A DNA stretch of 24,000 bases from Flavobacteriales bacterium (GCA_965262845.1 CBDHFX010000002.1:1059392-1083391), one strand, 5' to 3'; positions 1 to 8,509 are shown, counted from the first letter of the stretch. The notes: generated from the letters alone by a model not told the origin. Translations and numbers: made by a program.

Positions 1-146
1 TTTGACGCACAAAGGTACGAAGATTACTTACGCATGTTGGCGGTTGACTCCCTGTGCACCGTATACCTCCTGTACCGCGGGGGCTGCGGGCAAAAACAAA
101 CCATCATGAGCAGTATGGCTTTCATTGGGAATTGCAAAAGTAATCC

Positions 147-154
147 TAATTTTG
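147..154 (+). promoter_or_regulatory. candidate Bacteroidota -7 promoter element (TAATTTTG) upstream of the tRNA cluster
   Basis: Exact match to the TAnnTTTG -7 consensus of Bacteroidota primary-sigma promoters, about 60 nt upstream of tRNA-Pro. There is no good TTTG -33 partner at the expected spacing (only aTTG at 131-134). Confidence 0.3.
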
Positions 155-213
155 TGCCCCCTCAGAGGGAAGGTTGCCCTAACGTAGAGAGTGTGGTACT
201 TATTTGGGATGAT

Positions 214-288
214 CGGGGTGTAGCTTAGTCCGGTTAAAGCGCACGTCTGGGGGGCGTGAGATCGGAGGTTCAAATCCTCTCACCCCGA
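214..288 (+). tRNA. tRNA-Pro (anticodon GGG)
   Basis: Cloverleaf folded by hand: acceptor CGGGGTG/CACCCCG, D stem GCTT/AAGC, anticodon stem CACGT/GCGTG with loop CT-GGG-GG (G37 as expected for Pro), T arm GGAGG-TTCAAAT-CCTCT, discriminator A. Length 75 nt; 3' CCA not encoded. Confidence 0.9.
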
Positions 289-297
289 CGGTTTTTT

Positions 298-370
298 CGA
301 GGTGTGGCGCAGTTGGTAGCGCACTACGTTCGGGACGTAGGGGTCGCTGGTTCGAGTCCGGTCACCTCGA
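298..370 (+). tRNA. tRNA-Pro (anticodon CGG)
   Basis: Acceptor CGAGGTG/CACCTCG, D arm GCGC-AGTTGGTA-GCGC, anticodon stem CTACG/CGTAG with loop TT-CGG-GA, T loop TTCGAGT, discriminator A. Length 73 nt; CCA not encoded. Confidence 0.9.
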
Positions 371-378
371 CTGGTTTT

Positions 379-451
379 GCCTCCTTAGCTCAGCTGGTAG
401 AGCAACGCACTCGTAATGCGTAGGTCGCCGGTTCAAGTCCGGTGGGAGGCT
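379..451 (+). tRNA. tRNA-Thr (anticodon CGT)
   Basis: Acceptor GCCTCCT/GGGAGGC (one G-U pair), D arm GCTC-AGCTGGTA-GAGC, anticodon stem ACGCA/TGCGT with loop CT-CGT-AA, T arm GCCGG-TTCAAGT-CCGGT, discriminator T. Length 73 nt; CCA not encoded. Confidence 0.9.
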
Positions 452-468
452 CTAAAGATGGTCTTTTT

Positions 469-491
469 CTTTCCGCCTCTGCGGCGGGAAG
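469..491 (+). other. GC-rich hairpin immediately downstream of tRNA-Thr (possible processing or termination structure)
   Basis: CTTTCCGCC-TCTGC-GGCGGGAAG forms a 9-bp stem (one G-U) with a 5-nt loop. The T-run lies upstream of the stem, not downstream, so it is not a canonical intrinsic terminator. Confidence 0.45.
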
Positions 492-643
492 AATACAGAG
501 GATCTGGCAAGATCCTGCCGGGCTCAGGGCCGAGGTGAAAGATCTTTGCTGAAAAGAAACTCGTTGACAGGTAAGGCATCAGGCGGGAGCTGGGAGGAAA
601 AATGGAGCATAAGGCAGGGATCAAATCAGGAACTTAGGGGGTT

Positions 644-1720
644 TTGAAAACCACTGCGTTAACCCACATACATAAGAAATTGGCTGCTAAGATGGTCGGG
701 TTTGCCGGATACGAGATGCCGGTAAGCTACGAAGGACTTAAAGCGGAGCATCACACGGTTCGAAACGGAGTCGGGGTGTTTGATGTCAGCCACATGGGTG
801 AGTTTATTATTCGCGGCAAGGGAGCCCTGGCACTGATCCAGAAGGTGACTTCCAACGATGCAGGCAAGCTGTTTAATGGGAAAATACAGTACAGCTGTAT
901 GCCCAATGACACGGGTGGGATCGTGGATGACCTGCTGGTATACCGTATTGGAGAGGAGGAATACATGTTGGTGGTGAATGCATCAAACATCGAAAAGGAC
1001 TGGAAATGGATTTCCAGGCACAACACCTTTGGTGCCGAAATGATCAATATCTCAAATAAGACCAGCCTGCTGGCGGTGCAGGGTCCGAAAGCAGTGGAGG
1101 CACTTCAGTCACTGACCAATATGGACCTGGCAGGCATGACCTACTACACCTTCAAGAAAGGTGACTTCGCCGGATTTGATCGTGTGCTGGTAAGCGCAAC
1201 AGGATATACCGGAGCAGGCGGATTCGAGATCTACTTTGAGAACGAAAAAGCTGAAGCGATCTGGGAAGCGGTCTTTAAGGCCGGGAGCAAGGTGGGCATC
1301 AAGCCGATAGGCCTGGGAGCTCGTGATACCCTGCGCCTGGAGAAGGGATTCTGCCTGTACGGCAAAGACATTGACGAGACCACTTCGCCACTTGAAGCCG
1401 GATTGAGCTGGATAACCAGGTTTACCAAGGATTTTGTTAACAGCGAGTATTTAGCCAGGCAGAAGGAAGAAGGTGTCAGGCGTTGCCTGGTTGGATTTAA
1501 AATGACAGACCGCGGAATTCCACGCCACGGATATCCGATTACCGATGGCGTCGGAAACAAAATTGGTGTTGTGACCTCCGGTACGCAATCACCGACCCTT
1601 GAAGAAGCGATCGGACTCGGCTACGTGCCGGTCGGTAAGAAAACTCCCGGAACGGAGATCTATATTCAGATTCGCAACAGGGATCTTAGAGCGGAAGTGG
1701 TGAAGATCCCGTTTGTCTGA
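644..1720 (+). CDS. gcvT: aminomethyltransferase, glycine cleavage system T protein
   Basis: 358-aa ORF. The N-terminus [28 protein letters not shown] and the motifs [29 protein letters not shown] and [13 protein letters not shown] are typical of GcvT. The start is TTG at 644; the next in-frame Met would remove the conserved N-terminal segment. Confidence 0.93.
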   Translation: MKTTALTHIHKKLAAKMVGFAGYEMPVSYEGLKAEHHTVRNGVGVFDVSHMGEFIIRGKGALALIQKVTSNDAGKLFNGKIQYSCMPNDTGGIVDDLLVYRIGEEEYMLVVNASNIEKDWKWISRHNTFGAEMINISNKTSLLAVQGPKAVEALQSLTNMDLAGMTYYTFKKGDFAGFDRVLVSATGYTGAGGFEIYFENEKAEAIWEAVFKAGSKVGIKPIGLGARDTLRLEKGFCLYGKDIDETTSPLEAGLSWITRFTKDFVNSEYLARQKEEGVRRCLVGFKMTDRGIPRHGYPITDGVGNKIGVVTSGTQSPTLEEAIGLGYVPVGKKTPGTEIYIQIRNRDLRAEVVKIPFV

Positions 1721-1858
1721 TGAAATGGATAGTATTTCGTATATTGGGCAAGGCAAATATTGTTAAATAGGAAACTAAAATACTTATGCTGCCATGGAAC
1801 AGGATCTGCCATAACAAATCTTCGTAACCTTGTTGCTCATCTAGCTGAGGTATCCCCT

Positions 1859-3760
1859 ATGAGCGATCCGATCAAACATCAATGCGGTATTGCATTGCTT
1901 CGACTCCGTAAACCACTCGAATACTACGTGGAGCAATACGGAACAGCTTTTTACGGCCTCAACAAGATGTATCTGCTGATGCAGAAGCAGCATAATCGGG
2001 GACAGGACGGTGCCGGATTGGCGAATGTGAAGCTTGACGTGCCGCCGGGGAAACGCTACATTTCACGGCAGCGGTCAATTACGGGCCAGCCTATTCAGGA
2101 TATTTTTAAGAAAATCAATCGCCGATTCAATGAAGCCTTTGCCGGAACATCTGGCAAAACAAAAGATGTGGCCTGGCTGAAGGAAAATCTGCCATTTAGT
2201 GGAGAGGTTTTCCTGGCGCACCTCCGGTACGGCACCTATGGGGAAAACAATGTTGAGTCCTGCCACCCTTTCTTGCGTCAGAACAACTGGATGACCCGCA
2301 ATTTGATCCTGGCAGGGAATTTCAACATGACCAATGTGGATGAATTGTTCAATGAATTGGTAGCCCTGGGGCAGCATCCGAAAAAGAAAACAGATACAGT
2401 GACGATCCTCGAGAAGATCGGCCATTTCATTGATGAGCAGAACGACGAACTCTACTACAAATTCAAGGAGGAGCTAGGAATCACCAAGCAGGAAGCGACG
2501 AAACTGATTGCCGAACACATGAACCTGCAGGAAATTCTGAAGCGCTCCTCCAGAAAATGGGACGGCGGATACGCAATTGCCGGATTAGTGGGGCATGGCG
2601 ATGCCTTCGTGCTGCGCGACCCGGCCGGCATACGTCCGGCGTACTGGTACGCCGATGACGAGATCGTCGTGGCAGCCAGCGAGCGACCAGTGATCATGAC
2701 AGCCTTCAATGTGCCATTCGAGCACGTGACGGAATTGGATCCGGGCTGTGCATTGATCATCAAAAAAAATGGCTCATATGCCGTAAAGCGGGTCAAAAAA
2801 GCTGTGGAACGGAGGGCCTGTTCCTTCGAACGTATTTACTTCAGTCGCGGTAGCGATGCGGAGATCTACCGGGAGCGCATGGAGTTGGGTCGGCGAGTAT
2901 ACCCGTCGGTGCTGGAGGCGATCAACAAGGATTTCAACCACAGTGTTTTCAGCTTTATCCCGAACACGGCAGAAACTGCTTTCTATGGGATGATGAAGGG
3001 AATGGAAGATTTTCTGAAGGAAGAAAAAAAACGCATTCTGTGTGAAAAGGCCGAAAAATTGACTGACGCTGAAATAGATGCCCTGATCGACAAGCGTCCG
3101 AGGATTGAAAAGATTGCTGTCAAGGACGCAAATTTACGGACCTTCATCACCGAGGATGACACACGGGACGATCTTGTCGCTCACGTGTATGACATCACTT
3201 ACGGAACGATCAGACCCGACGATAATTTAGTGATCCTGGACGATTCCATCGTTCGGGGAACTACGCTCAAAAAAAGCATTCTGCATATCCTTGATCGTTT
3301 GCATCCGAAGCGCATCATCATCGTAAGCTCGGCCCCGCAGATCCGCTATCCGGATTGCTATGGTATCGACATGGCCAGACTGGGCGATTTTGTGGCTTTC
3401 AGGGCTGCTATTGAGCTTTTGAAGGAATCGGGCCGCGAGGCCCTTATCCAGGAGGTGTACCAGCAGTGCCTCGCCCAAACGGATCTTCCCGACAGCAAGA
3501 TCACGAACTTCGTGAAGCGGGTGTACGAACCGTTTACCGACGGGCAAATTTCCGACAAGATAGCCGAGCTCCTGCGGCCAAAGGACATCAGGGCGAAGGT
3601 AAAGATCATTTACCAGCGCATTGAAGACCTACACGCCGCCTGCCCAGGGAATTTGGGCGACTGGTACTTCACGGGCAATTACCCAACTCCAGGAGGAAAT
3701 CGCGTGGTGAACCGTGCTTTTATCAACTACGTCGAAGGCAATAATAAGCGTGCCTACTAA
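1859..3760 (+). CDS. purF: long-form amidophosphoribosyltransferase-like class-II (Ntn) glutamine amidotransferase
   Basis: The ATG at 1859 gives MSDPIKHQ-CGIA, a short propeptide before the Ntn catalytic Cys (codon 1883-1885). It has the PRPP-binding loop NLVILDDSIVRGTT and a PDCYGIDM motif as in PurF. The protein is 633 aa from this start. The ORF-track TTG start at 1760 adds 33 non-conserved residues. A near-consensus -7 box TAACCTTG at 1825-1832 would lie inside that extension. Confidence 0.85.
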   Translation: MSDPIKHQCGIALLRLRKPLEYYVEQYGTAFYGLNKMYLLMQKQHNRGQDGAGLANVKLDVPPGKRYISRQRSITGQPIQDIFKKINRRFNEAFAGTSGKTKDVAWLKENLPFSGEVFLAHLRYGTYGENNVESCHPFLRQNNWMTRNLILAGNFNMTNVDELFNELVALGQHPKKKTDTVTILEKIGHFIDEQNDELYYKFKEELGITKQEATKLIAEHMNLQEILKRSSRKWDGGYAIAGLVGHGDAFVLRDPAGIRPAYWYADDEIVVAASERPVIMTAFNVPFEHVTELDPGCALIIKKNGSYAVKRVKKAVERRACSFERIYFSRGSDAEIYRERMELGRRVYPSVLEAINKDFNHSVFSFIPNTAETAFYGMMKGMEDFLKEEKKRILCEKAEKLTDAEIDALIDKRPRIEKIAVKDANLRTFITEDDTRDDLVAHVYDITYGTIRPDDNLVILDDSIVRGTTLKKSILHILDRLHPKRIIIVSSAPQIRYPDCYGIDMARLGDFVAFRAAIELLKESGREALIQEVYQQCLAQTDLPDSKITNFVKRVYEPFTDGQISDKIAELLRPKDIRAKVKIIYQRIEDLHAACPGNLGDWYFTGNYPTPGGNRVVNRAFINYVEGNNKRAY

Positions 3761-5964
3761 CGAACCATGGCAGGTTCTTCCTTCTGCGCAGGTATTTCTT
3801 TTTTCGGCTCGGTTTTCACGATGGTCATTTCCTCAATGAGGTTGGTGGCACCACCGTACTTCTCAACAATAAAAAGAATGTAACGGACATCTACGGCGAT
3901 CGTGCGCTGAATTCGATCTTCGAATGCTATATCACCACTCATAGCTTCCCAGTTACCGTCAAAGGCACATCCGATCAGTTCACCTTTTCCGTTGATCACC
4001 GGAGAGCCCGAGTTTCCACCCGTAATATCATTGTTCGTAATGAAGCAAACCACCATTTCGCCCTCTTCATTGGCATAGCGACCATAGTCCTTAGCGTCAT
4101 ACAAGTCGTTCAGCTTTTGTGGAACCACAAATTCCTCATCGCTGTCGTCCTCTTTCTGCATCACGCCTTTTAAAGTGGTGTAATAGTTGTAATGAACAGC
4201 GTCACGCGCCTGATAATCGCCAACCGTCCCGTACGTCATGCGCATGGTAAAATTGGCATCCGGATAGAAATTCCTGTTCGGTTTCCATTCGCGAAGACCA
4301 TTTATAAACAAACGGGCGCCTTCCGTTTTCCTGGTATTCGCTGCCCGGCGAACAGGGGAAATGTTCTGCAGGTAGTTGTTCAAAACACCTGCCATTAACT
4401 GGAAGACCGGATCCTTGCCGAAGGTTTTCGCTTTCGGCTTTTCGAGAAACGACCTAAACCGGTCCAGGTCTGTAAAAACGGATCTTTCATAAACATAGGA
4501 GGCAAAACGGTCGTAATCGTTCCTGTTTTTTCCCAACATTTCCGTTACGATCGGAGATTGCTGGCTTTCAGGGACATGCTTCACATACTCTTCCATCATG
4601 GCAGCAAAGATCTCCCGATCCATATCGTAGTTCGTCATGGAGAAGTGCTCTTCACCCATGAGGGCCATGGCTGTTTTCAACTCCCCGATCTTCTCCGTGT
4701 TCTCTGTAACTATTGCTTGCTGCAATTCGAGGAAACGGTATGCGAAAAAGAAACTGGCCGGACCCTGAAACATGGCCTCGTTCAGATAGACATTAGTCAA
4801 AGCCGTTTTCGTCAGATCCATATATGCCTCCTTGATCATTGGCAAAGCCTTGCCATAGGCATCCGTACGGGATTGGTGCTGATCTACCCATGAGGTAAAC
4901 TCATTTTCCAGGGCGAGTTTTTTGTCGTAGACTTTGTTCTTCTTTAACTGCTCGGTCTGACCGATATAGTACTTCCAGTAATTGGCTGTTTGAGCATAGA
5001 CAGAAGCATATTGTATCCGTGTTTCGTCGCTCATGTCCATATACTTCCTCATGATCTCCAATTTCCTGGCACGGATATCCACGATCGCCTGATTCCTGAC
5101 ATCCAGGGCTTCTCTGATCCCGTAGCTGGTCAAATAGCGATCCGTGCTTCCCGGGTAACCGAAGATCATGGCGAAATCATCGTTCTCTATTCCATCAATG
5201 GAAATTGGCAGGTGGTGTTTCGGAACATAAGGCACATTCTCTTCACTGTATTCCGCCGGCTTGTTGTCAGCATCGGCATATATGCGGAACATGCTAAAGT
5301 CACCGGTATGACGAGGCCATTCCCAGTTATCGGTATCCCCACCATACTTTCCAATTGATGAAGGAGGGGCACCTACCAAACGGATATCGGTAAATACTTC
5401 ATAAGCGAATTGGTAAAACTCATTCCCCTCAAAGAAGCTTTCGATCCCGATCTCGTATTCGCTGTCTTCAGAAGCGGCAGCGATCAGCTCCCTGATCCTG
5501 TCATCAATAGCCGCATTGCGCTCACTTTCACTCATGGTATCGGAAACGGCGTTCAAAACCTCAGCTGTTACATCGTTCATGCGGATCAGGAAAGTGGCCG
5601 TTAAGCCGGAAACCGGAAGCTCTTCATCTTTTGCCAGCGCCCAGAACCCGTTGGTCAGGATGTCGTTTTCGACGGTTGAGTGCGAACGGATCGCGTCGTA
5701 GCCACAATGGTGGTTGGTCAGGATCAGTCCCTGATCCGAAATGATCTCTCCGGTGCAGAAACTACCGAAGTTCACGATCGCATCTTTCAAACTGGAGTTG
5801 TTTACGCTGTACAACTCCTCGGCGGTCAACTGCAAACCGAGTTTTTGCATATCGCGTTCATTCAGCCGTTTGATCAGCATGGGTAGCCACATCCCTTCAT
5901 TGGCCAAACTGGCTGTCGGAAATGCAAGCAAGACGGCCAAAGCGATGATGATTGATCTTTTCAT
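3757..5964 (-). CDS. S46 family dipeptidyl-peptidase (DPP7-like serine peptidase), secreted
   Basis: 735 aa. Signal peptide MKRSIIIALAVLLAFPTASLA followed by NEGMWLP (the typical mature N-terminus of S46 enzymes). Catalytic His in LTNHHCG and catalytic Ser in GGNSGSPV. Confidence 0.9.
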   Translation of the reverse strand: MKRSIIIALAVLLAFPTASLANEGMWLPMLIKRLNERDMQKLGLQLTAEELYSVNNSSLKDAIVNFGSFCTGEIISDQGLILTNHHCGYDAIRSHSTVENDILTNGFWALAKDEELPVSGLTATFLIRMNDVTAEVLNAVSDTMSESERNAAIDDRIRELIAAASEDSEYEIGIESFFEGNEFYQFAYEVFTDIRLVGAPPSSIGKYGGDTDNWEWPRHTGDFSMFRIYADADNKPAEYSEENVPYVPKHHLPISIDGIENDDFAMIFGYPGSTDRYLTSYGIREALDVRNQAIVDIRARKLEIMRKYMDMSDETRIQYASVYAQTANYWKYYIGQTEQLKKNKVYDKKLALENEFTSWVDQHQSRTDAYGKALPMIKEAYMDLTKTALTNVYLNEAMFQGPASFFFAYRFLELQQAIVTENTEKIGELKTAMALMGEEHFSMTNYDMDREIFAAMMEEYVKHVPESQQSPIVTEMLGKNRNDYDRFASYVYERSVFTDLDRFRSFLEKPKAKTFGKDPVFQLMAGVLNNYLQNISPVRRAANTRKTEGARLFINGLREWKPNRNFYPDANFTMRMTYGTVGDYQARDAVHYNYYTTLKGVMQKEDDSDEEFVVPQKLNDLYDAKDYGRYANEEGEMVVCFITNNDITGGNSGSPVINGKGELIGCAFDGNWEAMSGDIAFEDRIQRTIAVDVRYILFIVEKYGGATNLIEEMTIVKTEPKKEIPAQKEEPAMVR

Positions 5965-6015
5965 ACCTGATATCTTTTTCGTGAAACTTTAATTGAGCCG
6001 CTAAAAGTAGTGAAA

Positions 6016-6525
6016 TTATAGCTGCTTTTTGTACACGGGTACGGTGGAGCAAGGTTCTCCGAAAAGGATGCTCCTGGCCACCGGATACACTTTTTGTACG
6101 AATACTGCAAAGGCATCGTTCGGCACGGGCTTATCTCCACAACCTTTTAGGACGATACGTTGATCTTTGAAGTCACCGGGATCCAGGTTGTCGATCACCT
6201 CCCGGTACAATACGCTCTCCAGTTGTTCAAGGCTTCCAACCACCACCTTCCTGGCAAAGGGAGCCAACGATGAGGTCATGAGCATGAACGCCCAGGTTGG
6301 AATGATCGCATCTTCAGTGCAGTCCACCGCAACGTAAGCATCCTGATACTGGCTGAACTCATGCCGCCTGATGGCCTCACGGTAGTCTTTCTCGCGCAGT
6401 ATGCTCCCTTCGTACAACCAGTCCTTGAGGTCAATGAATACCCGCCTCCCGGCGGGATAGTAATCCTCCAGATTTATTGGCTTCAGCGAGCTCCGGGCAA
6501 CTTTATTGACAATTGTGTCAGTCAT
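6016..6525 (-). CDS. DUF2480 family protein (uncharacterised, suf-linked)
   Basis: The sequence from MTDTIVNKVARSSL onward (LEDYYP, IDLKDWLYEGSILREKDYR, DAIIPTWAFMLM, KGCGDKPVP, GEPCSTVPVYK) matches my recollection of Bacteroidota DUF2480 proteins. The ATG at 6525 lies 4 nt after the upstream sufT stop. The ORF-track start at 6564 would overlap sufT by 35 nt. Confidence 0.78.
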   Translation of the reverse strand: MTDTIVNKVARSSLKPINLEDYYPAGRRVFIDLKDWLYEGSILREKDYREAIRRHEFSQYQDAYVAVDCTEDAIIPTWAFMLMTSSLAPFARKVVVGSLEQLESVLYREVIDNLDPGDFKDQRIVLKGCGDKPVPNDAFAVFVQKVYPVARSILFGEPCSTVPVYKKQL

Positions 6526-6529
6526 GATC

Positions 6530-6856
6530 TTACAGGAATCCGAGCTCCAGCTTGGCTTCTTCACTCATCATATCCTTGTCCCAGGGGGGCTCAAAGGTAA
6601 TCTCCACCTTGCTTGTTTTGACTTCCGCAAGCGTTTTCACTTTTTCCTCCACTTCCACCGGCAAACTTTCAGCCACCGGGCAATTTGGCGAGGTGAGGGT
6701 CATGAGCATATGCACGTCCCCCTCGTCCGATACCTGCACGTCGTAGATGAGTCCTAGTTCGTATATATTGACCGGGATTTCCGGATCGTAGATCGTCGAT
6801 AGGACGCCAATTACATCCTCGCCCAGTTTTTGTTGTTGTTCTTCGCTCAGCAGCAT
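6530..6856 (-). CDS. sufT: SUF system Fe-S assembly protein, DUF59/MIP18 family (SufT-like)
   Basis: 108 aa with YDPEIPVNIYELGLIY and LTSPNCPV, the DUF59 signature including the conserved Cys. Located in the suf operon. Confidence 0.85.
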   Translation of the reverse strand: MLLSEEQQQKLGEDVIGVLSTIYDPEIPVNIYELGLIYDVQVSDEGDVHMLMTLTSPNCPVAESLPVEVEEKVKTLAEVKTSKVEITFEPPWDKDMMSEEAKLELGFL

Positions 6857-6857
6857 G

Positions 6858-7280
6858 TCACGTGATCTTATTTTGATACGCCAGTGCGTAAAATTTCATT
6901 TGTTTTGCCATTGCCAGTAAGCCATTTGCCCGGGTGGGCGACAAGTGTTCCCTAAGTCCGATCCTGTCAATGAAATGCAAATGGGCATTCACGATATCTT
7001 CCGGCGATTCATTCGACAATACCCGGATGAGGAGGGAAATGATCCCTTTTGTAATGATGGCGTCACTATCGGCCGTGAACAGGACTTTCCCGCCGTTTAA
7101 GGCGGCATTCAACCATACCCGGCCCTGGCAGCCTTTGATCAATTGATCGGATGTTTTGTACTGCTCCCCGATCAGCGGAAGTGATTTTCCCAATTCGATG
7201 AGGTAATCATATTTCTGCATCCAGTCGTCAAGCATCGTGAATTCGTCAATGATCGCCTCTTGTTTTTTTTCGATACTCAT
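6858..7280 (-). CDS. sufE: SufE-like cysteine desulfuration (sulfur acceptor) protein
   Basis: 140 aa. The motif LIKGCQGRVWL matches the SufE/CsdE active-site Cys loop. The start overlaps the sufS stop by 1 nt (TGATG). Confidence 0.85.
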   Translation of the reverse strand: MSIEKKQEAIIDEFTMLDDWMQKYDYLIELGKSLPLIGEQYKTSDQLIKGCQGRVWLNAALNGGKVLFTADSDAIITKGIISLLIRVLSNESPEDIVNAHLHFIDRIGLREHLSPTRANGLLAMAKQMKFYALAYQNKIT

Positions 7281-8509
7281 CAGGCGAACATAGTTTTTAT
7301 GCGTTGGACTCCTTCCACCAGGCGGTCAATTTCATCCGTAGTATTATAAAATGCGAAACTGGTGCGAACCGTACCCGGAATTCCGAAGCGATCCATTACC
7401 GGTTGCGTACAGTGGTGTCCGGTACGCACTGCCACGCCTAACTTGTCCAGCACCATTCCGGCATCGTAAGGATGTACGCCATCTATGAGGAAGGAGATCA
7501 AGCTGGTTTTTTGTTCGGCCTCACCATAGATCCTGAGCCCTTCAATGGATCTGAGCCCTTCGGTGGCGTAGTCCAGCAGTTGCTGTTCCTGTGTGCGGAT
7601 CACCTCCCATCCGATCCCGTTGAGGTAGTCAAGTGCCGTTCCGAAAGCGACGACTCCCGCAATGTTCGGCGTTCCGGCTTCAAACTTGTGCGGAAGGTCT
7701 GCCCAGGTGCTGTGATCGCGGAAGACCTCCCTGACCATCTCTCCACCACCCTGATAAGGTGGCATTTTTTCAAGCCATTTTTCGCGACCATAAAGTACTC
7801 CTACGCCAGTTGGGCCAAGCATTTTATGTGCCGAGAAGGTGTAGAAATCAGCCCCTGTGTTTTGCATATCAATGGGCATGTGCGGGGCGCTCTGGGCTCC
7901 GTCGATCAAAACCACGCCTCCTGCTTTGTGAGTGGCTTCCGTGATCTCATTGACCGGATTGATGGTCCCGAGCGAATTGCTAACATGATTTATGGCTACC
8001 AGGGCCGTGTCCTTACTCAGCATTTTGTGGAAGGCGTCCATGTCGAGCTCACCCCGGTCGGTGATCGGAATGATCTTCAGCTGAGCTCCGCGTTGTGCAC
8101 AGATCAGTTGCCACGGCACCATGTTGCTGTGATGCTCCATGTTGGAAATGATCACCTCTTTTCCTTCGCCGATAAAATTCTGACCAAAACTGGATGCTAC
8201 CAGATTGATCCCATCTGTAGTCCCTTTTGTAAAGACAACTTCATGAGCCTGTTCTGCATTAATGTGCTTTTGCACCTTTACCCGCGTTTCTTCAAAGGCG
8301 TCGGTCGCTCGCTGGCTCAGAAAATGAACGCCCCGGTGAATATTGCTGTTGATATGGGCATAGTAATTCGCAATGGCATCCATGACCTGCTTCGGCTTCT
8401 GTGAAGTAGCCGCGTTGTCGAAATAAACGAGTGGACCATCATGTACTTTCTGCGAAAGGATGGGAAAGTCTGCCCGAATTTTCGCGATGTCCAATGTGAG
8501 GGTGCTCAT
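7280..8509 (-). CDS. sufS: cysteine desulfurase SufS (class V aminotransferase, group II)
   Basis: 409 aa. PLP-lysine motif SAHKMLGPTGVGVLYG and active-site Cys loop RTGHHCTQP. ATGA start/stop overlap with sufD. Confidence 0.95.
   Translation of the reverse strand: MSTLTLDIAKIRADFPILSQKVHDGPLVYFDNAATSQKPKQVMDAIANYYAHINSNIHRGVHFLSQRATDAFEETRVKVQKHINAEQAHEVVFTKGTTDGINLVASSFGQNFIGEGKEVIISNMEHHSNMVPWQLICAQRGAQLKIIPITDRGELDMDAFHKMLSKDTALVAINHVSNSLGTINPVNEITEATHKAGGVVLIDGAQSAPHMPIDMQNTGADFYTFSAHKMLGPTGVGVLYGREKWLEKMPPYQGGGEMVREVFRDHSTWADLPHKFEAGTPNIAGVVAFGTALDYLNGIGWEVIRTQEQQLLDYATEGLRSIEGLRIYGEAEQKTSLISFLIDGVHPYDAGMVLDKLGVAVRTGHHCTQPVMDRFGIPGTVRTSFAFYNTTDEIDRLVEGVQRIKTMFA

Noticed and set aside
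1-273. ORFs 34-228 (+) and 28-273 (-), the frame-1 reading open from position 1, and a possible tmRNA/SRP-like RNA
   Set aside because: Both ORFs run into or across tRNA-Pro (214-288) and have no recognisable protein motifs. GGGGCTGCGGGC superficially resembles a tmRNA 5' end, but there is no tag-peptide reading frame, no tRNA-like 3' end, and far too little length before the tRNAs. No SRP domain IV motif (GGAA tetraloop plus AGCA loops) was found.
433-624. 63-aa minus-strand ORF
   Set aside because: It overlaps the 3' end of tRNA-Thr, is Pro/Ser/Arg-rich low complexity, and has no motif support.
452-643. Possible glycine riboswitch in front of gcvT
   Set aside because: gcvT is a classic glycine-riboswitch target, and the spacer has CTCAGGG and GGGAGG-like strings. 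However, the hallmark elements are absent: CTGGAGAG, the ACCGAAGG(A/G)GCAA internal loop and CTCAGGCAAAAGGAC. I could not build the P1-P3 architecture by eye. An Infernal scan with RF00504 would settle it.
1760-1858. TTG-initiated N-terminal extension of the PurF-like gene
   Set aside because: Class-II amidotransferases need the catalytic Cys at or very near the mature N-terminus. The ATG at 1859 gives an 8-residue propeptide, whereas the 1760 start would add 33 unconserved residues.
6526-6564. Longer start for the DUF2480 gene (ORF-track start 6564)
   Set aside because: It would overlap sufT by 35 nt. The ATG at 6525 sits 4 nt after the sufT stop and begins the conserved MTDTIVNKV segment.
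7472-8404. 310-aa plus-strand ORF
   Set aside because: It lies entirely antisense within sufS, whose identity is unambiguous (PLP-lysine and active-site Cys motifs). The product has no recognisable domain, so it is a shadow ORF.
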